Shown in pieces: positions 1 through 11,730 of a stretch of 64,000 nucleotides of DNA; position 1 is the stretch's first letter, and each line of letters begins with the position of its first letter. Under the pieces are notes generated by a model. It ran no database searches, was not told the origin of the DNA, and was given only the letters and a program-made list of their open reading frames with translations. The position numbers were made by a program, and so were the translations under genes. Source of the stretch: Gammaproteobacteria bacterium (GTDB taxonomy: Bacteria > Pseudomonadota > Gammaproteobacteria > UBA4575); assembly GCA_041576975.1 (NCBI GenBank), contig JBFGJY010000001.1, positions 58,772 through 122,771 on the forward strand, given 5' to 3'.

Positions 1-1479
1 AATATTGAGCTCTTATCTACTGGCGGTACTGCAGATCTGCTAAGTAATGACGGGCTAAACGTTACAGAAGTCTCCGACTACACAGGATTTCCAGAAATCA
101 TGGATAGTCGTGTTAAGACATTGCATCCAAAAATTCATGGCGGCATCCTTGGTCGCCGTGACATCGATAAACAAGTCATGCAAGAGCATGGTATTGCGCC
201 TATAGATCTAGTTGTAATCAACCTCTATCCGTTTGCTGCAACTGTCGCCAAACCAAATTGTTCATTGGAGGATGCAATTGAGAATATCGATATTGGTGGC
301 CCTGCTATGTTGCGTGCCGCAGCAAAAAATTATGCCCATGTTGCCGTAGTTGTAGACCCAACGGACTACCCCAAAATTGTTAACTTGCTTAATAAAGGTG
401 ATGCAGTGCTCGATCAAGACATGCGGTTTGACCTTGCAGTGAAGGCATTTGAGCATACCGCTCAATACGACGGTATGATTGCAAATTATTTAGGCAAAAA
501 ATTGCCTGGAAACCAGACGATTTTCCCGCGCACACTAAATCTTCAATACCGGCTATCACAGGTGCTGCGCTATGGAGAAAACCCTCATCAACGCGGTGCC
601 TTTTATGTCGAAGAAGGCGCGCTCGAACCTAGTGTTGCAACCTCTGAAGTTATTCAAGGAAAACAATTATCATTTAACAATGTCGCTGATACCGATGCGG
701 CTCTGGAATGTGTAAGACAATTTACTTCTCCCGCATGTGTCATCGTTAAACATGCCAATCCTTGTGGTGTGGCAACTGGTGACAATATTTCACAGGCCTA
801 TGAGCGCGCATATCAAACTGATCCTACCTCTGCATACGGTGGCATTATTGCTTTTAATCAAGAACTGGATGCTAAGACCGCAAGCAAGATAATTGATCGA
901 CAATTTGTTGAGGTTCTAATCGCGCCAGTCATTTCTGAGGCTGCCCGTGAAGCCTTAGCATCTAAAAAAAATATTCGCGTATTAGAGTGTGGGGTATGGA
1001 AAGGAACGATAGAATCATTCGATTACAAACGCATAATTGGTGGTTTACTCGTACAAGATCGCGACTTAGGCGTTGTTGAAAAAGAAAATATAAAAATTGT
1101 CTCAAAACGTTCGCCCACGGTTAATGAGCTTGAAGACTTATTGTTTGCTTGGAGAGTAGTGAAATTTATAAAGTCTAATGCCATTGTCTATGCACATGAT
1201 CAACAAACAATTGGTATAGGTGCAGGACAAATGAGTCGTGTTTATTCAGCTAAAATTGCTGCGATCAAAGCCCATGATGAAAACTTAGAGGTTGCTGGAT
1301 CGGTAATGGCTTCCGATGCCTTCTTCCCATTTCGCGATGCAATTGATGCAGCGCATGAAAACGGTATCACAGCCATTATTCAACCTGGCGGATCAAATAA
1401 CGATGACGAAATTATTGCTGCAGTAGATGAATTTGAAATCTCTATGGTATTCACCGGCATGCGACACTTCCGCCATTAA
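1..1479 (+). CDS. purH: Bifunctional AICAR formyltransferase / IMP cyclohydrolase PurH (5' end outside window)
   Basis: Frame 1 is open from base 1 ([14 protein letters not shown]...), so the listed ORF at 100 is internal. Typical PurH motifs are present ([33 protein letters not shown]...TGMRHFRH). TAA stop at 1477. Confidence 0.95.
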   Translation, partial: NIELLSTGGTADLLSNDGLNVTEVSDYTGFPEIMDSRVKTLHPKIHGGILGRRDIDKQVMQEHGIAPIDLVVINLYPFAATVAKPNCSLEDAIENIDIGGPAMLRAAAKNYAHVAVVVDPTDYPKIVNLLNKGDAVLDQDMRFDLAVKAFEHTAQYDGMIANYLGKKLPGNQTIFPRTLNLQYRLSQVLRYGENPHQRGAFYVEEGALEPSVATSEVIQGKQLSFNNVADTDAALECVRQFTSPACVIVKHANPCGVATGDNISQAYERAYQTDPTSAYGGIIAFNQELDAKTASKIIDRQFVEVLIAPVISEAAREALASKKNIRVLECGVWKGTIESFDYKRIIGGLLVQDRDLGVVEKENIKIVSKRSPTVNELEDLLFAWRVVKFIKSNAIVYAHDQQTIGIGAGQMSRVYSAKIAAIKAHDENLEVAGSVMASDAFFPFRDAIDAAHENGITAIIQPGGSNNDDEIIAAVDEFEISMVFTGMRHFRH

Positions 1480-1652
1480 AATACTTTTAAAAATGCATCT
1501 TTTATTTTGTACCTTTGTTGCAGTGTATTCTGCAATGCTCACTTAACATAGATGTAATCTATATATCTTAATTACGATATGCATTGTCTCAAAAAAAACT
1601 CAGTATTTTTTAAAAGTACTTAACACAACAGTTCAACACCTAGAACAGGCCA

Positions 1653-2543
1653 ATGGAGCTTTTCGTTCAAATTTCCAGCATCATGTTTCCAATAATCACC
1701 ATTGTGGTGTTAGGTACGGTTCTTGGTCGAGTTTGGCAACTCGATATGGATACAGCGAATCGTATTAATTTAGATGTATTTGTGCCTGCACTTGTATTTT
1801 CAGTCTTTAGTGATAAGTCTTTTGCACTATCACATCATCTTCCACTAGCTGCTGCCGGATTAGCCGTTGTGTTGATCGCCGGAATAGCCGCTTTGTTAAT
1901 TTCTAAATTTACTGGCTACTCATTTAGAACCATTGCACCTCCGATGATGTTTCATAATGCAGGTAATGTTGGTTTGCCCTTGATGAGCCTTGCATTTGGA
2001 AAATCAGGTTTGATAACTGGCTTGGTGTTGTTTTTAGTTGGTAGTCTCACACACTTTGGTCTTGGCACGTTAATATTGGCTTCTGGACGCGGGATATTCG
2101 CACTTATTAAACAAGCCGTAATCTGGGCCGCTGTACTTGCGCTCTTAATTAATGCCTCACCAATAACTATTACAGAAAGTGTAATGTTACCAATTAGCAT
2201 GCTAGGACAAATTGCCATACCTTTGATGTTATTTTCATTAGGCGTACGCCTAGCAAAAATAGATTTTCAAGAATGGAAGATTGGCATTGTGTTTGCCATA
2301 CTTACACCACTCGTTGGGTTTAGCATTGCTTATATTGTCATACACTTCTTTGAGTTTACGTCTATACAAGCAGGGGCATTATTATTATTCGGTTCATTAC
2401 CACCTGCGGTAATGAATTTTTTATTTGCAGAAAGATTCAATCAACAACCAAAATCAGTAGCATCAATTGTGCTACTTGGTAATCTTTTGGCTATTATTAC
2501 TTTACCAATTGCACTAGCGTTTGTGCTTACAAATTTTACTTAA
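1653..2543 (+). CDS. AEC (auxin efflux carrier) family membrane transporter
   Basis: 296-aa polytopic hydrophobic protein with roughly 10 predicted TM segments. The N- and C-terminal halves are typical of AEC/malate-permease-like transporters. Confidence 0.7.
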   Translation: MELFVQISSIMFPIITIVVLGTVLGRVWQLDMDTANRINLDVFVPALVFSVFSDKSFALSHHLPLAAAGLAVVLIAGIAALLISKFTGYSFRTIAPPMMFHNAGNVGLPLMSLAFGKSGLITGLVLFLVGSLTHFGLGTLILASGRGIFALIKQAVIWAAVLALLINASPITITESVMLPISMLGQIAIPLMLFSLGVRLAKIDFQEWKIGIVFAILTPLVGFSIAYIVIHFFEFTSIQAGALLLFGSLPPAVMNFLFAERFNQQPKSVASIVLLGNLLAIITLPIALAFVLTNFT

Positions 2544-2579
2544 TAAATAATAATTTAATACAGAAGGATTGACTTCGCA

Positions 2580-3863
2580 ATGAAGGTATTGGTAGTTGGT
2601 GGAGGTGGACGCGAACATGCCTTGGCTTGGAAACTATGCCAATCCACAAAAGTTACCCAAATATTTGTAGCACCAGGTAATGCCGGAACCGCACGTGAAC
2701 CAAAAACAAAAAATGTTGATATCGATGCAGAAGATATTGCATCACTACTCGCTTTTGCTAAACAACAAAACATCGATTTAACCCTTGTGGGCCCTGAGGC
2801 ACCGTTGGTAGCTGGTATTGTTGATCAATTCAATTGCGAAAAATTACCCATCTTTGGACCTACAGCGGCAACCGCACAATTAGAAGGATCCAAAGCCTTT
2901 GCCAAGCAGTTTATGCAGCGCTACCACATTCCAACCGGTGAATATGCTGTATTCACAAATCTCAAAGATGCAAGCGTATATATTTCATCTAAACCTGTTC
3001 CCGTTGTGATTAAGGCAGACGGCTTAGCGGCAGGTAAAGGCGTCGTTATTGCACAGACATATCTACAAGCAATGGAATGTGCTGAACAAATGTTAAGTGG
3101 CAAACGTTTTGGTCATGCTGGACAATGCATTGTAGTCGAAGAATTTATTCAAGGTGAGGAAGCCAGTTTTATTTGTATGGTCGATGGTGAGCATGTGCTA
3201 CCAATGGCAACCTCACAAGACCACAAAGCGCGTGATGAAGGAGATGTGGGCCCTAATACTGGAGGTATGGGCGCATATTCCCCTGCACCGATTGTGAATG
3301 ATTCTATGCATCAACGTATCTTAGATGAAATTATTTATCCAACCGTAAATGGTTTTGCACAACAAGGCACCCCATATATTGGATTTCTTTATGCTGGCCT
3401 AATGATTGATTCTCAATCCAACCCATATGTATTGGAATTTAATTGTCGCTTTGGCGATCCTGAAACTCAGCCAATTCTTATGCGCATGCAATCGGACTTA
3501 GCTGAATTATGTGTGGCAGCACTTGCAAAACAATTAGATCAGCACAGTATTCAATGGGATGCGCGTTCTGCTCTAGGTGTAGTTCTTGCTGCCGACGGTT
3601 ATCCTGAGGATTACGAAAAGGGTGAAGTAATTCAAGGACTGCTACAGAAACAGCAAGACACACAAAAAATATTTCATGCAGGAACCAAATTGCATGATGA
3701 CCAAGTTTTGACTAATGGTGGCCGAGTATTGTGTGCGACTGCACTAGGAAACAATATTCGAGATGCACAAAGACATGCATATGAATTAGTGCAGCAAATT
3801 TCTTGGCCAAATATGTATTATCGTTCAGATATCGGGTATCGAGCCATCACAAATAATTCTTAA
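2580..3863 (+). CDS. purD: Phosphoribosylamine--glycine ligase
   Basis: MKVLVVGGGGREHALAWKL N-terminus, ATP-grasp core (VVIKADGLAAGKGV) and LEFNCRFGDPE motif; 427 aa. Confidence 0.96.
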   Translation: MKVLVVGGGGREHALAWKLCQSTKVTQIFVAPGNAGTAREPKTKNVDIDAEDIASLLAFAKQQNIDLTLVGPEAPLVAGIVDQFNCEKLPIFGPTAATAQLEGSKAFAKQFMQRYHIPTGEYAVFTNLKDASVYISSKPVPVVIKADGLAAGKGVVIAQTYLQAMECAEQMLSGKRFGHAGQCIVVEEFIQGEEASFICMVDGEHVLPMATSQDHKARDEGDVGPNTGGMGAYSPAPIVNDSMHQRILDEIIYPTVNGFAQQGTPYIGFLYAGLMIDSQSNPYVLEFNCRFGDPETQPILMRMQSDLAELCVAALAKQLDQHSIQWDARSALGVVLAADGYPEDYEKGEVIQGLLQKQQDTQKIFHAGTKLHDDQVLTNGGRVLCATALGNNIRDAQRHAYELVQQISWPNMYYRSDIGYRAITNNS

Positions 3864-4321
3864 ACGAGATTCAAAATATATATTCAGCGAAGCTACCTAC
3901 TCTAGCGAAAATACTTGCACATCTCATTTAAGTATTTTTTCAATAAATTCAGGTGATTAAGAACTAAGAATCGTGCATTTAGTAATATTAAATAATTCTT
4001 ATCTTGTAGAAAAGTTAAGTGTAGTAATTTTCTAAAATGCTTGATTGGCAGTTCAACAATTCCCACAAACTTATATTTATGAGGATGATAATCTGCGAAT
4101 TAATGAAACAAGGTGCTTGATAAAGCGGTACTACTAGCCGAGGCATAAGAAAACTATGAAATTGTATGTAATGGAGATCCTACTAAACTTGATCGTTTCA
4201 GATAATGCTTCTCTTTAGACATCGCGTATTAGCGCACAGCTAAACCTAGTCCATCAATGGTTGAAAATACGATTGAAAGGGTATTTAAGGTTTTAGAATC
4301 TAGTAGCTGTAAACCACAACC

Positions 4322-5578
4322 CTAGCGTTTCATTGCCACAAAAAACTCTTCATTTGTTTTTGTAGTCTGCATTCGACCTAACATGAAGTCCATGGCCTCA
4401 ATTTCATCCATGGGGTGCAAGAATTTCCGTAGCACCCAAATCTTTTGCAGTTCTTCTTGATCTGTAATCAATTCCTCACGACGCGTACCGGAACGATTAA
4501 TATTTATTGCTGGAAATACACGTTTTTCTGCAATACGGCGATCCATATGAATCTCCATGTTTCCCGTGCCTTTAAACTCTTCGTAAATGACTTCATCCAT
4601 TTTGGAACCAGTTTCAACCAATGCCGTCGCAATAATGGTAAGACTGCCACCTTCTTCGATGTTGCGTGCTGCACCAAAAAAACGTTTAGGCCGTTGTAGC
4701 GCATTGGCATCTACACCACCTGTTAGTACTTTTCCAGATGCCGGAACCACGGTGTTATAGGCTCGTGCTAAGCGTGTGATGGAATCAAGCAAGATCACCA
4801 CATCACGTTTATGCTCCACCAATCGTTTCGCTTTCTCAATAACCATTTCTGCAACTTGTACATGTCGGCTGGCAGGTTCATCAAAAGTACTCGATACTAC
4901 CTCGCCTTGTACCATACGCTCCATTTCTGTCACTTCTTCTGGTCGTTCATCGATAAGCAATACGATTAAATAACATTCAGGATGGTTAGACGTAATACTC
5001 TGCGCAATATTTTGCAGCATCAAAGTCTTACCAGCTTTGGGAGGAGAAACAATTAACCCGCGCTGACCCTTACCAATAGGTGCGCAGATATCAATAATTC
5101 GAGCAGTGATATCTTCAGTGCTGCCATTACCGCGTTCTAGTTTTAAGCGTTCATCTGGATGCAAGGGAGTTAAGTTTTCAAACAAAACTTTGCGTTTTGC
5201 ATTTTCTGGTTTATCAAAATTAATTTGATCAACCTTAAGCATTGCAAAATAGCGTTCACTATCTTTGGGCGGACGTATTTTCCCTGAGACGGTATCACCA
5301 GTTCGCAATCCAAACCTTCGTATTTGACTAGGTGATACATAGATATCATCAGGACCCGCAAGATAAGAACAATCTGCGGAACGCAAGAAACCAAACCCAT
5401 CTGGTAATATTTCTAATACGCCATCACCAAAAATATCCTCGCCATTTTTTGCATGTGCTTTAAGAATTGAAAATATAATGTCCTGTTTGCGTGAACGGGC
5501 CAAATTATCAATGCCCATCTCTGCTGCAGTATCTATCAACTCAGAAGCTGGTTTAATTTTTAATTCCGTTAAATTCAT
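4322..5578 (-). CDS. rho: Transcription termination factor Rho
   Basis: MNLTELK... N-terminus, RNA-binding domain ([14 protein letters not shown]) and Walker A PPKAGKT; 418 aa, colinear with Rho. Confidence 0.97.
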   Translation of the reverse strand: MNLTELKIKPASELIDTAAEMGIDNLARSRKQDIIFSILKAHAKNGEDIFGDGVLEILPDGFGFLRSADCSYLAGPDDIYVSPSQIRRFGLRTGDTVSGKIRPPKDSERYFAMLKVDQINFDKPENAKRKVLFENLTPLHPDERLKLERGNGSTEDITARIIDICAPIGKGQRGLIVSPPKAGKTLMLQNIAQSITSNHPECYLIVLLIDERPEEVTEMERMVQGEVVSSTFDEPASRHVQVAEMVIEKAKRLVEHKRDVVILLDSITRLARAYNTVVPASGKVLTGGVDANALQRPKRFFGAARNIEEGGSLTIIATALVETGSKMDEVIYEEFKGTGNMEIHMDRRIAEKRVFPAININRSGTRREELITDQEELQKIWVLRKFLHPMDEIEAMDFMLGRMQTTKTNEEFFVAMKR

Positions 5579-5803
5579 GACGTTTCTAGCATGTTATTAT
5601 TAAAAAGAAAAAGAAGTTGTAAATCGCTCATGCACAAAATAATGCTTTGCATACTTGCACAGAACTTGGTTAACGCAGCAAAAAAGCGCTCTACTTATTT
5701 AGAATTTCTCAGCGTGGTTAGTATGTGTCGCTTTCTCGCCAGTTAATATTTTTGGTTAATTAATATAGATAATTGATAGGAATCTTTGTGTAAAAATTAA
5801 GGC

Positions 5804-6130
5804 TTAGATACTTTGATCAATAAATGCAGTTAATTGCGATTTTGATAATGCACCCACTTTTGTAGCTTCTGCATTACCATTTTTGAAAATCATTAATGTT
5901 GGGATGCCACGTACCCCATATTTAGGTGGTGTATTAGGATTATCATCGATGTTAAGCTTAGTTACCTTGAGTTTGCCTTTATATTCACCAGCAATCTCAT
6001 CAAGTAACGGCGCAATCATTTTACAAGGGCCACACCATTCTGCCCAATATTCAACCAATACAGGTTGCTCAGACTGTAATACTTCTTGTTCAAAACCGTC
6101 ATCACTAATATGACTAATTTCTTCACTCAC
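5804..6130 (-). CDS. trxA: Thioredoxin
   Basis: 108 aa, WCGPC active site and GIRGIPTL motif. The trxA-rho adjacency is classical. Confidence 0.95.
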   Translation of the reverse strand: MSEEISHISDDGFEQEVLQSEQPVLVEYWAEWCGPCKMIAPLLDEIAGEYKGKLKVTKLNIDDNPNTPPKYGVRGIPTLMIFKNGNAEATKVGALSKSQLTAFIDQSI

Positions 6131-6487
6131 TTAACTAATACTCCAATGTTTTAAAAGCTAAAATTTTGTACTTGAAAACAGACGCCTGAAATGGCGAACT
6201 TAAGGAAACCTATCTAGAAAACAACTACTGTGCCTATTTTTATGCATTCTTTATATTTTTACAAGCCTACGGGACAATATGGGCAATTTTTACCGACAAG
6301 AGCGCAAGTTTGTCATCTACAGACTTGTAGAATAGGCCATTTTTTAGCCTAATTTATGTTGGTTTCTAACAAAAGCATCAATTTTTTACCTGTAAAAGTC
6401 TACGCCATTCACTTATAAAATAGACTTTTGATTCGTCTAAAATGCTTATAAATAAATAATTTCTAACAAGCTATAAATGGCCTAATT

Positions 6488-7432
6488 ATGAAGACATTAA
6501 GAATATGTGTGTTGGGAGGAACCGGGTTTGTGGGAAGCCACTTATGTGCTGAACTGGTAAAGCGTGGCCATAATCTCAAAATTCTTACCCGTCGACGTGA
6601 ACGCCATCGAGATTTACTAATTTTACCAAGCGCACAAATTATTGAGTCTAATATTCATGACGAGGCACAATTAAACACACATTTTCAAGATTGTGACGTC
6701 GTGATTAATCTCGTAGGCATTCTTAATGAGAAAGGTCATAGTGGAAAAGGATTTCATATGGCACACGTAGAACTGGCTCGCAAAGTCATTACTATGTGCT
6801 CTAGCTGCAAAATCGAAAGACTACTACACATGAGCGCACTCAATGCCAGCCCAAATGAAAAAAGTTTTTATTTACGTACTAAGGGTGAGGCCGAAAATTA
6901 TGTACACACCTTTACAGCATATAAAATTGCTGTAACAAGTTTTCGGCCTTCGGTTATTTTTGGGCCCGAAGATGATTTTATAAATCGCTTTGCATCAATT
7001 TTAAAGTTAACCCCTTGGTTTTTTCCTTTGGCATGTGCAAGCACGAAATTTGCGCCTGTTTATGTGGGTGACGTTGTAAAAGTCATGGTTAATTCAATAG
7101 ATGACCCAAATTCATTTGGGGAAAGACTAAATTTATGCGGTCCCAAGCAATATACATTAAAGCAGCTTGTGCAATATATTGCAGATACATGTGGGTATAA
7201 AAGAATAATTATTGGACTACCCAACTGGTTGTCAAAGTTGCAAGCGCATATTTTAGAATATGTACCAGGTAAACCATTTTCTATAGACAACTATTATTCG
7301 CTACAAAAAGATAGTGTTTGTACAGAAACAAAAAACTGTCCTACCTCTTTAGAGACAATTGCTCCTAGTTACTTGTTGAGTCAATCCAGATATGCACGCT
7401 ATGATAAATTCCGAACCAAACATCATCATTGA
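6488..7432 (+). CDS. NAD(P)-binding SDR, complex I NDUFA9-like / epimerase family protein
   Basis: GGTGFVGSH Rossmann motif near the N-terminus and a YxxxK (YLRTK) catalytic pair; 314 aa. Confidence 0.75.
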   Translation: MKTLRICVLGGTGFVGSHLCAELVKRGHNLKILTRRRERHRDLLILPSAQIIESNIHDEAQLNTHFQDCDVVINLVGILNEKGHSGKGFHMAHVELARKVITMCSSCKIERLLHMSALNASPNEKSFYLRTKGEAENYVHTFTAYKIAVTSFRPSVIFGPEDDFINRFASILKLTPWFFPLACASTKFAPVYVGDVVKVMVNSIDDPNSFGERLNLCGPKQYTLKQLVQYIADTCGYKRIIIGLPNWLSKLQAHILEYVPGKPFSIDNYYSLQKDSVCTETKNCPTSLETIAPSYLLSQSRYARYDKFRTKHHH

Positions 7433-8484
7433 CACTCATTTGTTGTATTTAGTATTGAATTACGCTGTACTTCTGGTATTTTTGATATTTCTTCTACGCG
7501 TTTATAAAAAAGTTTAAAATCGCTATTACACAATTCAAATATACGTTTAAACGCCGGCACTAAATCGCGATACAAAGCGATTGCTCCTAATTGTGCATTG
7601 TTTAGTGGCCCAGACACCCATTGTGCATATCTCGATAATTGATTATTTTGTTTACTTAAATTTTCAAAGTTTTCACGAAATTTAGCAATTTTATTGGTTT
7701 TTTCTATTCGCATGGCTTCCGCTGTTAAGCCTTGTGTGTACAGTTGCTCAAATTCTTGGCGAGCAGAATTAATAAAAGTGAAAAAAACTGTTTTTTGTTT
7801 TAACCAATTCTCATATTTATTTAGTTCATCTATACGTTGCTGTTGCTGCAGCCAACGACGCACGCCAAGCTCTTCTACAGCTGTTGCAAAGGCTTCATTA
7901 AAGGCGGAGTCACCTTTCACATAAAATTGTTGATGCGCGAGTTCATGAAAAATATAAGATGCAGTGATGATCTCACCACGATTGAGCATAGTGCTAAGTA
8001 GCGGATCGTCAAACCACCCCAATGTAGAGTAGGCGGGTACCCCAGCAACAAACACATCGAAACCTCGGTCGGTCAGTCGTGCCGCATAACTTTGTGCCTT
8101 ATTTTCATCGAAATAACCACGATATTGCACACAGCCGATGACTAGAAAACACCACTGCTGGAGAACGATAGAAAATTCCGGTGCTGCAAAAACATTCCAT
8201 GTCACATAGGGCCTATCTAGCTGCACATAGCTGCGATAACTATCGTTATCCGGCAATTTAAGTGTGGAGCTCGCAAATGAACGTAACTGTTGGGCAAGCT
8301 TTAATTGCTCGATTAGTTTTTCGTCACGTTCAGAATCGTTTACGATGTCTGTTATGGGTTCACGTTTTGAAATTAGTGCAAAATGACCTGTGATAGATTG
8401 GTGGTAATAACCAATCGTACTACAGCCTGTGCACCCTAATACCAGTACCAGTAGCATAAGCACCAAGTCGTTAATTCTCCTCAT
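7426..8484 (-). CDS. Putative zinc aminopeptidase lipoprotein (predicted-aminopeptidase family)
   Basis: Signal peptide with lipobox (LVLGCTGCS) and an HELAHQ zinc-binding HExxH motif; 352 aa. Its stop overlaps the convergent SDR gene stop by 7 nt. Confidence 0.65.
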   Translation of the reverse strand: MRRINDLVLMLLVLVLGCTGCSTIGYYHQSITGHFALISKREPITDIVNDSERDEKLIEQLKLAQQLRSFASSTLKLPDNDSYRSYVQLDRPYVTWNVFAAPEFSIVLQQWCFLVIGCVQYRGYFDENKAQSYAARLTDRGFDVFVAGVPAYSTLGWFDDPLLSTMLNRGEIITASYIFHELAHQQFYVKGDSAFNEAFATAVEELGVRRWLQQQQRIDELNKYENWLKQKTVFFTFINSARQEFEQLYTQGLTAEAMRIEKTNKIAKFRENFENLSKQNNQLSRYAQWVSGPLNNAQLGAIALYRDLVPAFKRIFELCNSDFKLFYKRVEEISKIPEVQRNSILNTTNECQ

Positions 8485-8517
8485 GATTTTACGTTATCAC
8501 ACTCACATAATCTGACA

Positions 8518-9687
8518 ATGGAAGTTTATTTAGTTGGCGGAGCGGTGCGAGACGAATTGTTAGGCATACCCGTTAAAGAACGTGATTGGGTAGTTGTGGG
8601 TTCAAACCCCAAAGAAATGCTTGCACAAGGATATCGACAAGTTGGCAAAGACTTTCCTGTATTTTTACATCCACATAGCAATGAAGAATATGCCCTCGCC
8701 CGCACTGAACGAAAAAAAGGACGCGGTTACTACGGATTTGAGATTCATGCCTCACCAAATGTGAGCCTCGAAGAAGATCTATTGCGGCGTGACTTAACCA
8801 TTAATGCGATGGCCAAGAGTGAATCAGGAAAGATTATTGACCCCTATGGTGGACAGCAAGATTTAAACGCTAAACTATTGCGTCATGTTTCCGGTGCATT
8901 TACTGAGGACCCATTGCGTGTACTGCGGGTTGCGCGTTTCGCAGCGAAATTCGCTTCGCATGGATTCAGGATTGCTGATGAAACCCTGCAATTAATGCGA
9001 CATATTGTAAGCTCAGGAGAATTAAAGGAACTCGCACCGGAGCGTGTATGGCAAGAAACACGATGCGCTCTGACTACTGAATCACCTGCGAAGTTTTTTT
9101 CAGTACTGCATACTATACATGCCTTGGCACAAACCCATACCAGTATTAGCGATCAATTTTCAAATAAGCAGGCGCGTGAATATGGGCTTGCCGCATTAGA
9201 TAGAATTTCACTGCTGGAAGATGAACCTTGTATGCGATTTGCGGCATTGCTTGGCGGACTTTATTTTAATCAGCAAGAAGATGCATACAACGATATTCAC
9301 AGATTAATTAAACAACTTACTTTGCCGAATACTTGCAAAGAATTACTTACACTCACTGCGAACCTACAATATCAGTGCCATGAAGTGTTTAATCTAGATG
9401 AAAGACAACTTCTGAGTCTGCTACATAAATTAGATGCTAGAAGAAAACCTGAGCGCTTTGTAGCATTATTAACAATATTTTCAGCAATCTATAAAACTGT
9501 AACTGGTGAAAGTGAATATGCACAAGCAGATTGGCTACAACTCACTTCAAAAACAATTGATAATGTGGATGTAGGCGAATGGATTAGACAGGGCTTAAAT
9601 AGTGAAGAACTTGCCAGTAACCTAGAACGCGTTCAACTAGAATTACTTAAAGAACAAATCAAAGAGAAACATTCTACCAATAAGTAA
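8518..9687 (+). CDS. cca: CCA-adding tRNA nucleotidyltransferase
   Basis: MEVYLVGGAVRDELLG...ERDWVV N-terminus and RRDLTINAMA motif. 389 aa; no obvious HD phosphohydrolase motif in the C-terminal half. Confidence 0.88.
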   Translation: MEVYLVGGAVRDELLGIPVKERDWVVVGSNPKEMLAQGYRQVGKDFPVFLHPHSNEEYALARTERKKGRGYYGFEIHASPNVSLEEDLLRRDLTINAMAKSESGKIIDPYGGQQDLNAKLLRHVSGAFTEDPLRVLRVARFAAKFASHGFRIADETLQLMRHIVSSGELKELAPERVWQETRCALTTESPAKFFSVLHTIHALAQTHTSISDQFSNKQAREYGLAALDRISLLEDEPCMRFAALLGGLYFNQQEDAYNDIHRLIKQLTLPNTCKELLTLTANLQYQCHEVFNLDERQLLSLLHKLDARRKPERFVALLTIFSAIYKTVTGESEYAQADWLQLTSKTIDNVDVGEWIRQGLNSEELASNLERVQLELLKEQIKEKHSTNK

Positions 9688-10474
9688 GGAGTAAAATTGT
9701 TCCTAGCAAAATTCTATACAGCACAAATGGCAACATACCCACTTGACTGACAAACTTGATAAACAACCGTATACATAAAAATGCAACGAATGCAGAACAA
9801 GCTATTACTCCAAATACCAGACCCCATTGAATAATCACGCCTTGCTGTAAGGCGTGATAACTACCATAAACAGATGCTGCAAAAATTGTTGGAATTGCAA
9901 GTAAAAAAGAAAACCGCGCTGCCTCTACGCGAGTAAGTCCCAACCACAAGCCTGCGGTCATGGTGACGCCAGCACGAGATGCGCCAGGAATTAATGCTGT
10001 GGCTTGCGCCAAGCCAATCAACACTGCATCCACAACAGTTAATTGTTTAGTTTGGCGCGTTTGTTTACCGCGCCAATCTGCTAACCATAATAACAAACCA
10101 AATATAATCGAGGCGATTGCGACCACTATTGCATTGCGGACATACTGAATCACATAGGAATGAAACAATAATGCGGCAATGAATATTGGCAGTGTGGCCC
10201 ATAGTAATAGCCAAGCAAGACTCCCGTCATCAGTAGCATCATCATACGCACCCAATGAATAAAACCAACTCTTTGCTAATTTGCGCAGATCGCTTCGAAA
10301 ATAAAACAGCACGGCCAATAAGCTGCCTAGATGTACGGCAATATCGATGGCAATGCCTTGATCTTGCCACTCCATAATTATTGGCAAGAGCACTAAATGA
10401 GCAGAACTTGAAATAGGTAAAAATTCAGTAATTCCCTGAATTACTGCTAATAAAAAGGCATGTAGAGAGCTCAT
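9674..10474 (-). CDS. uppP: Undecaprenyl-diphosphate phosphatase
   Basis: GITEFLPISSSAHL motif, PGASRAG motif, 8-TM profile; 266 aa. Confidence 0.93.
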   Translation of the reverse strand: MSSLHAFLLAVIQGITEFLPISSSAHLVLLPIIMEWQDQGIAIDIAVHLGSLLAVLFYFRSDLRKLAKSWFYSLGAYDDATDDGSLAWLLLWATLPIFIAALLFHSYVIQYVRNAIVVAIASIIFGLLLWLADWRGKQTRQTKQLTVVDAVLIGLAQATALIPGASRAGVTMTAGLWLGLTRVEAARFSFLLAIPTIFAASVYGSYHALQQGVIIQWGLVFGVIACSAFVAFLCIRLFIKFVSQVGMLPFVLYRILLGTILLLTYW

Positions 10475-10493
10475 CTAAGTAAGTTCTCGTCCT

Positions 10494-11669
10494 TTAGAGC
10501 CGTGCGCGCATATCACGTAAGGTGAATCGATCTGCTCCGTAGTCTATTCCTTTCCCTAATACCATAACCTGAAAGCGCTCACTGATTGCAGAACCCAATG
10601 TGAGTTGTTTAAGTTGTGCAATCTGTGCAATGCGCTCGATCTCACTATCCTTTGTTGGCTGCCAATCGAGTAAATGATTTGCCAGCATAAAGTTTCGTTG
10701 CGAACCAAAAGACAATACACCCAAGTTTAAATGTGCAGCTGCTTTTGCTACTGCAGAAAAATCTACATCCGCGGTAATATCTTGAAGACCAGGATTTATA
10801 AACGGGTTTTCAGACACATTGTGTTTAAAATAGCTGCGTAACGTCCCCATTGACCGCTGTGGATGGTAATATTCACTGCGCGGGTAACCATAATCGACTA
10901 CAAACATGATGCATTGATCACAACAACATGTCCATTTGAATAAAGTATTTTCTAAATTAATATTAATTTCACTACGATAATACTCCGTGAGTGGCTTATC
11001 CAGCATTACCATTAAGTAATCTAATGCTGCATCAAGCTCTTCAGATGGGTCTTGTAGCTGCCAGATAAATTTTTTTCCTTCCGTTAACGTTACGCACCTT
11101 TCTTTAAAAATTTGTGAACCCACCTCAAAGCATTTAATCGGCAGCGCATCTAACACTTCATTAGCTATAATAATTGCAGTTTCTATTTCACATGATAAAT
11201 CGGGCAACCACTCAATTATTGAAACATGTTCTGGCAATTCGGATGCGAGTAGTTCTTTCTGCTTTATTCTTAATGGTTCGCTGGGGTCATAAATATAATA
11301 CTGACTTGGTAATTGTCCCCAAGCACGCAAATAAGCCAAGACATCACAAGCAAGTCGGCCACTTCCTGCGCCTATTTCTAAAATAGTTCGCTTTGGATCA
11401 TCACGGATTAACTTAGCGCACGCATGTGCGAGGCAATAAGCAAGGTGTACCGAAGTTTCAGGTGCGGTAATAAAGTCCCCATCTTCACCAAAAATTTGCT
11501 GCTGACTATGGTAGTACCCAACAGACGGATCATGTAATACCAGCTGCATGTATTGATCAAAACAAAGACTGCCAGAGTGTTTTTGAATTTCTTGCATGAC
11601 ACGCTTTGCACAATTTTCTGTGTATATCTGTTGTGCTGCAGTAAGTTCAATAGAATATATATTAGACAT
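10494..11669 (-). CDS. Class I SAM-dependent methyltransferase, MidA/NDUFAF7 (DUF185) family
   Basis: FITAPE motif, SAM motif ILEIGAGSGRLA and a C-terminal DITADVDF motif typical of MidA-like proteins; 391 aa. Confidence 0.75.
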   Translation of the reverse strand: MSNIYSIELTAAQQIYTENCAKRVMQEIQKHSGSLCFDQYMQLVLHDPSVGYYHSQQQIFGEDGDFITAPETSVHLAYCLAHACAKLIRDDPKRTILEIGAGSGRLACDVLAYLRAWGQLPSQYYIYDPSEPLRIKQKELLASELPEHVSIIEWLPDLSCEIETAIIIANEVLDALPIKCFEVGSQIFKERCVTLTEGKKFIWQLQDPSEELDAALDYLMVMLDKPLTEYYRSEININLENTLFKWTCCCDQCIMFVVDYGYPRSEYYHPQRSMGTLRSYFKHNVSENPFINPGLQDITADVDFSAVAKAAAHLNLGVLSFGSQRNFMLANHLLDWQPTKDSEIERIAQIAQLKQLTLGSAISERFQVMVLGKGIDYGADRFTLRDMRARL

Positions 11670-11730
11670 TCAGTCTATTCCTAGAAGGTATGTTAGAGTT
11701 TATACATAGTAATGCTTAGAAAAAAACGCG

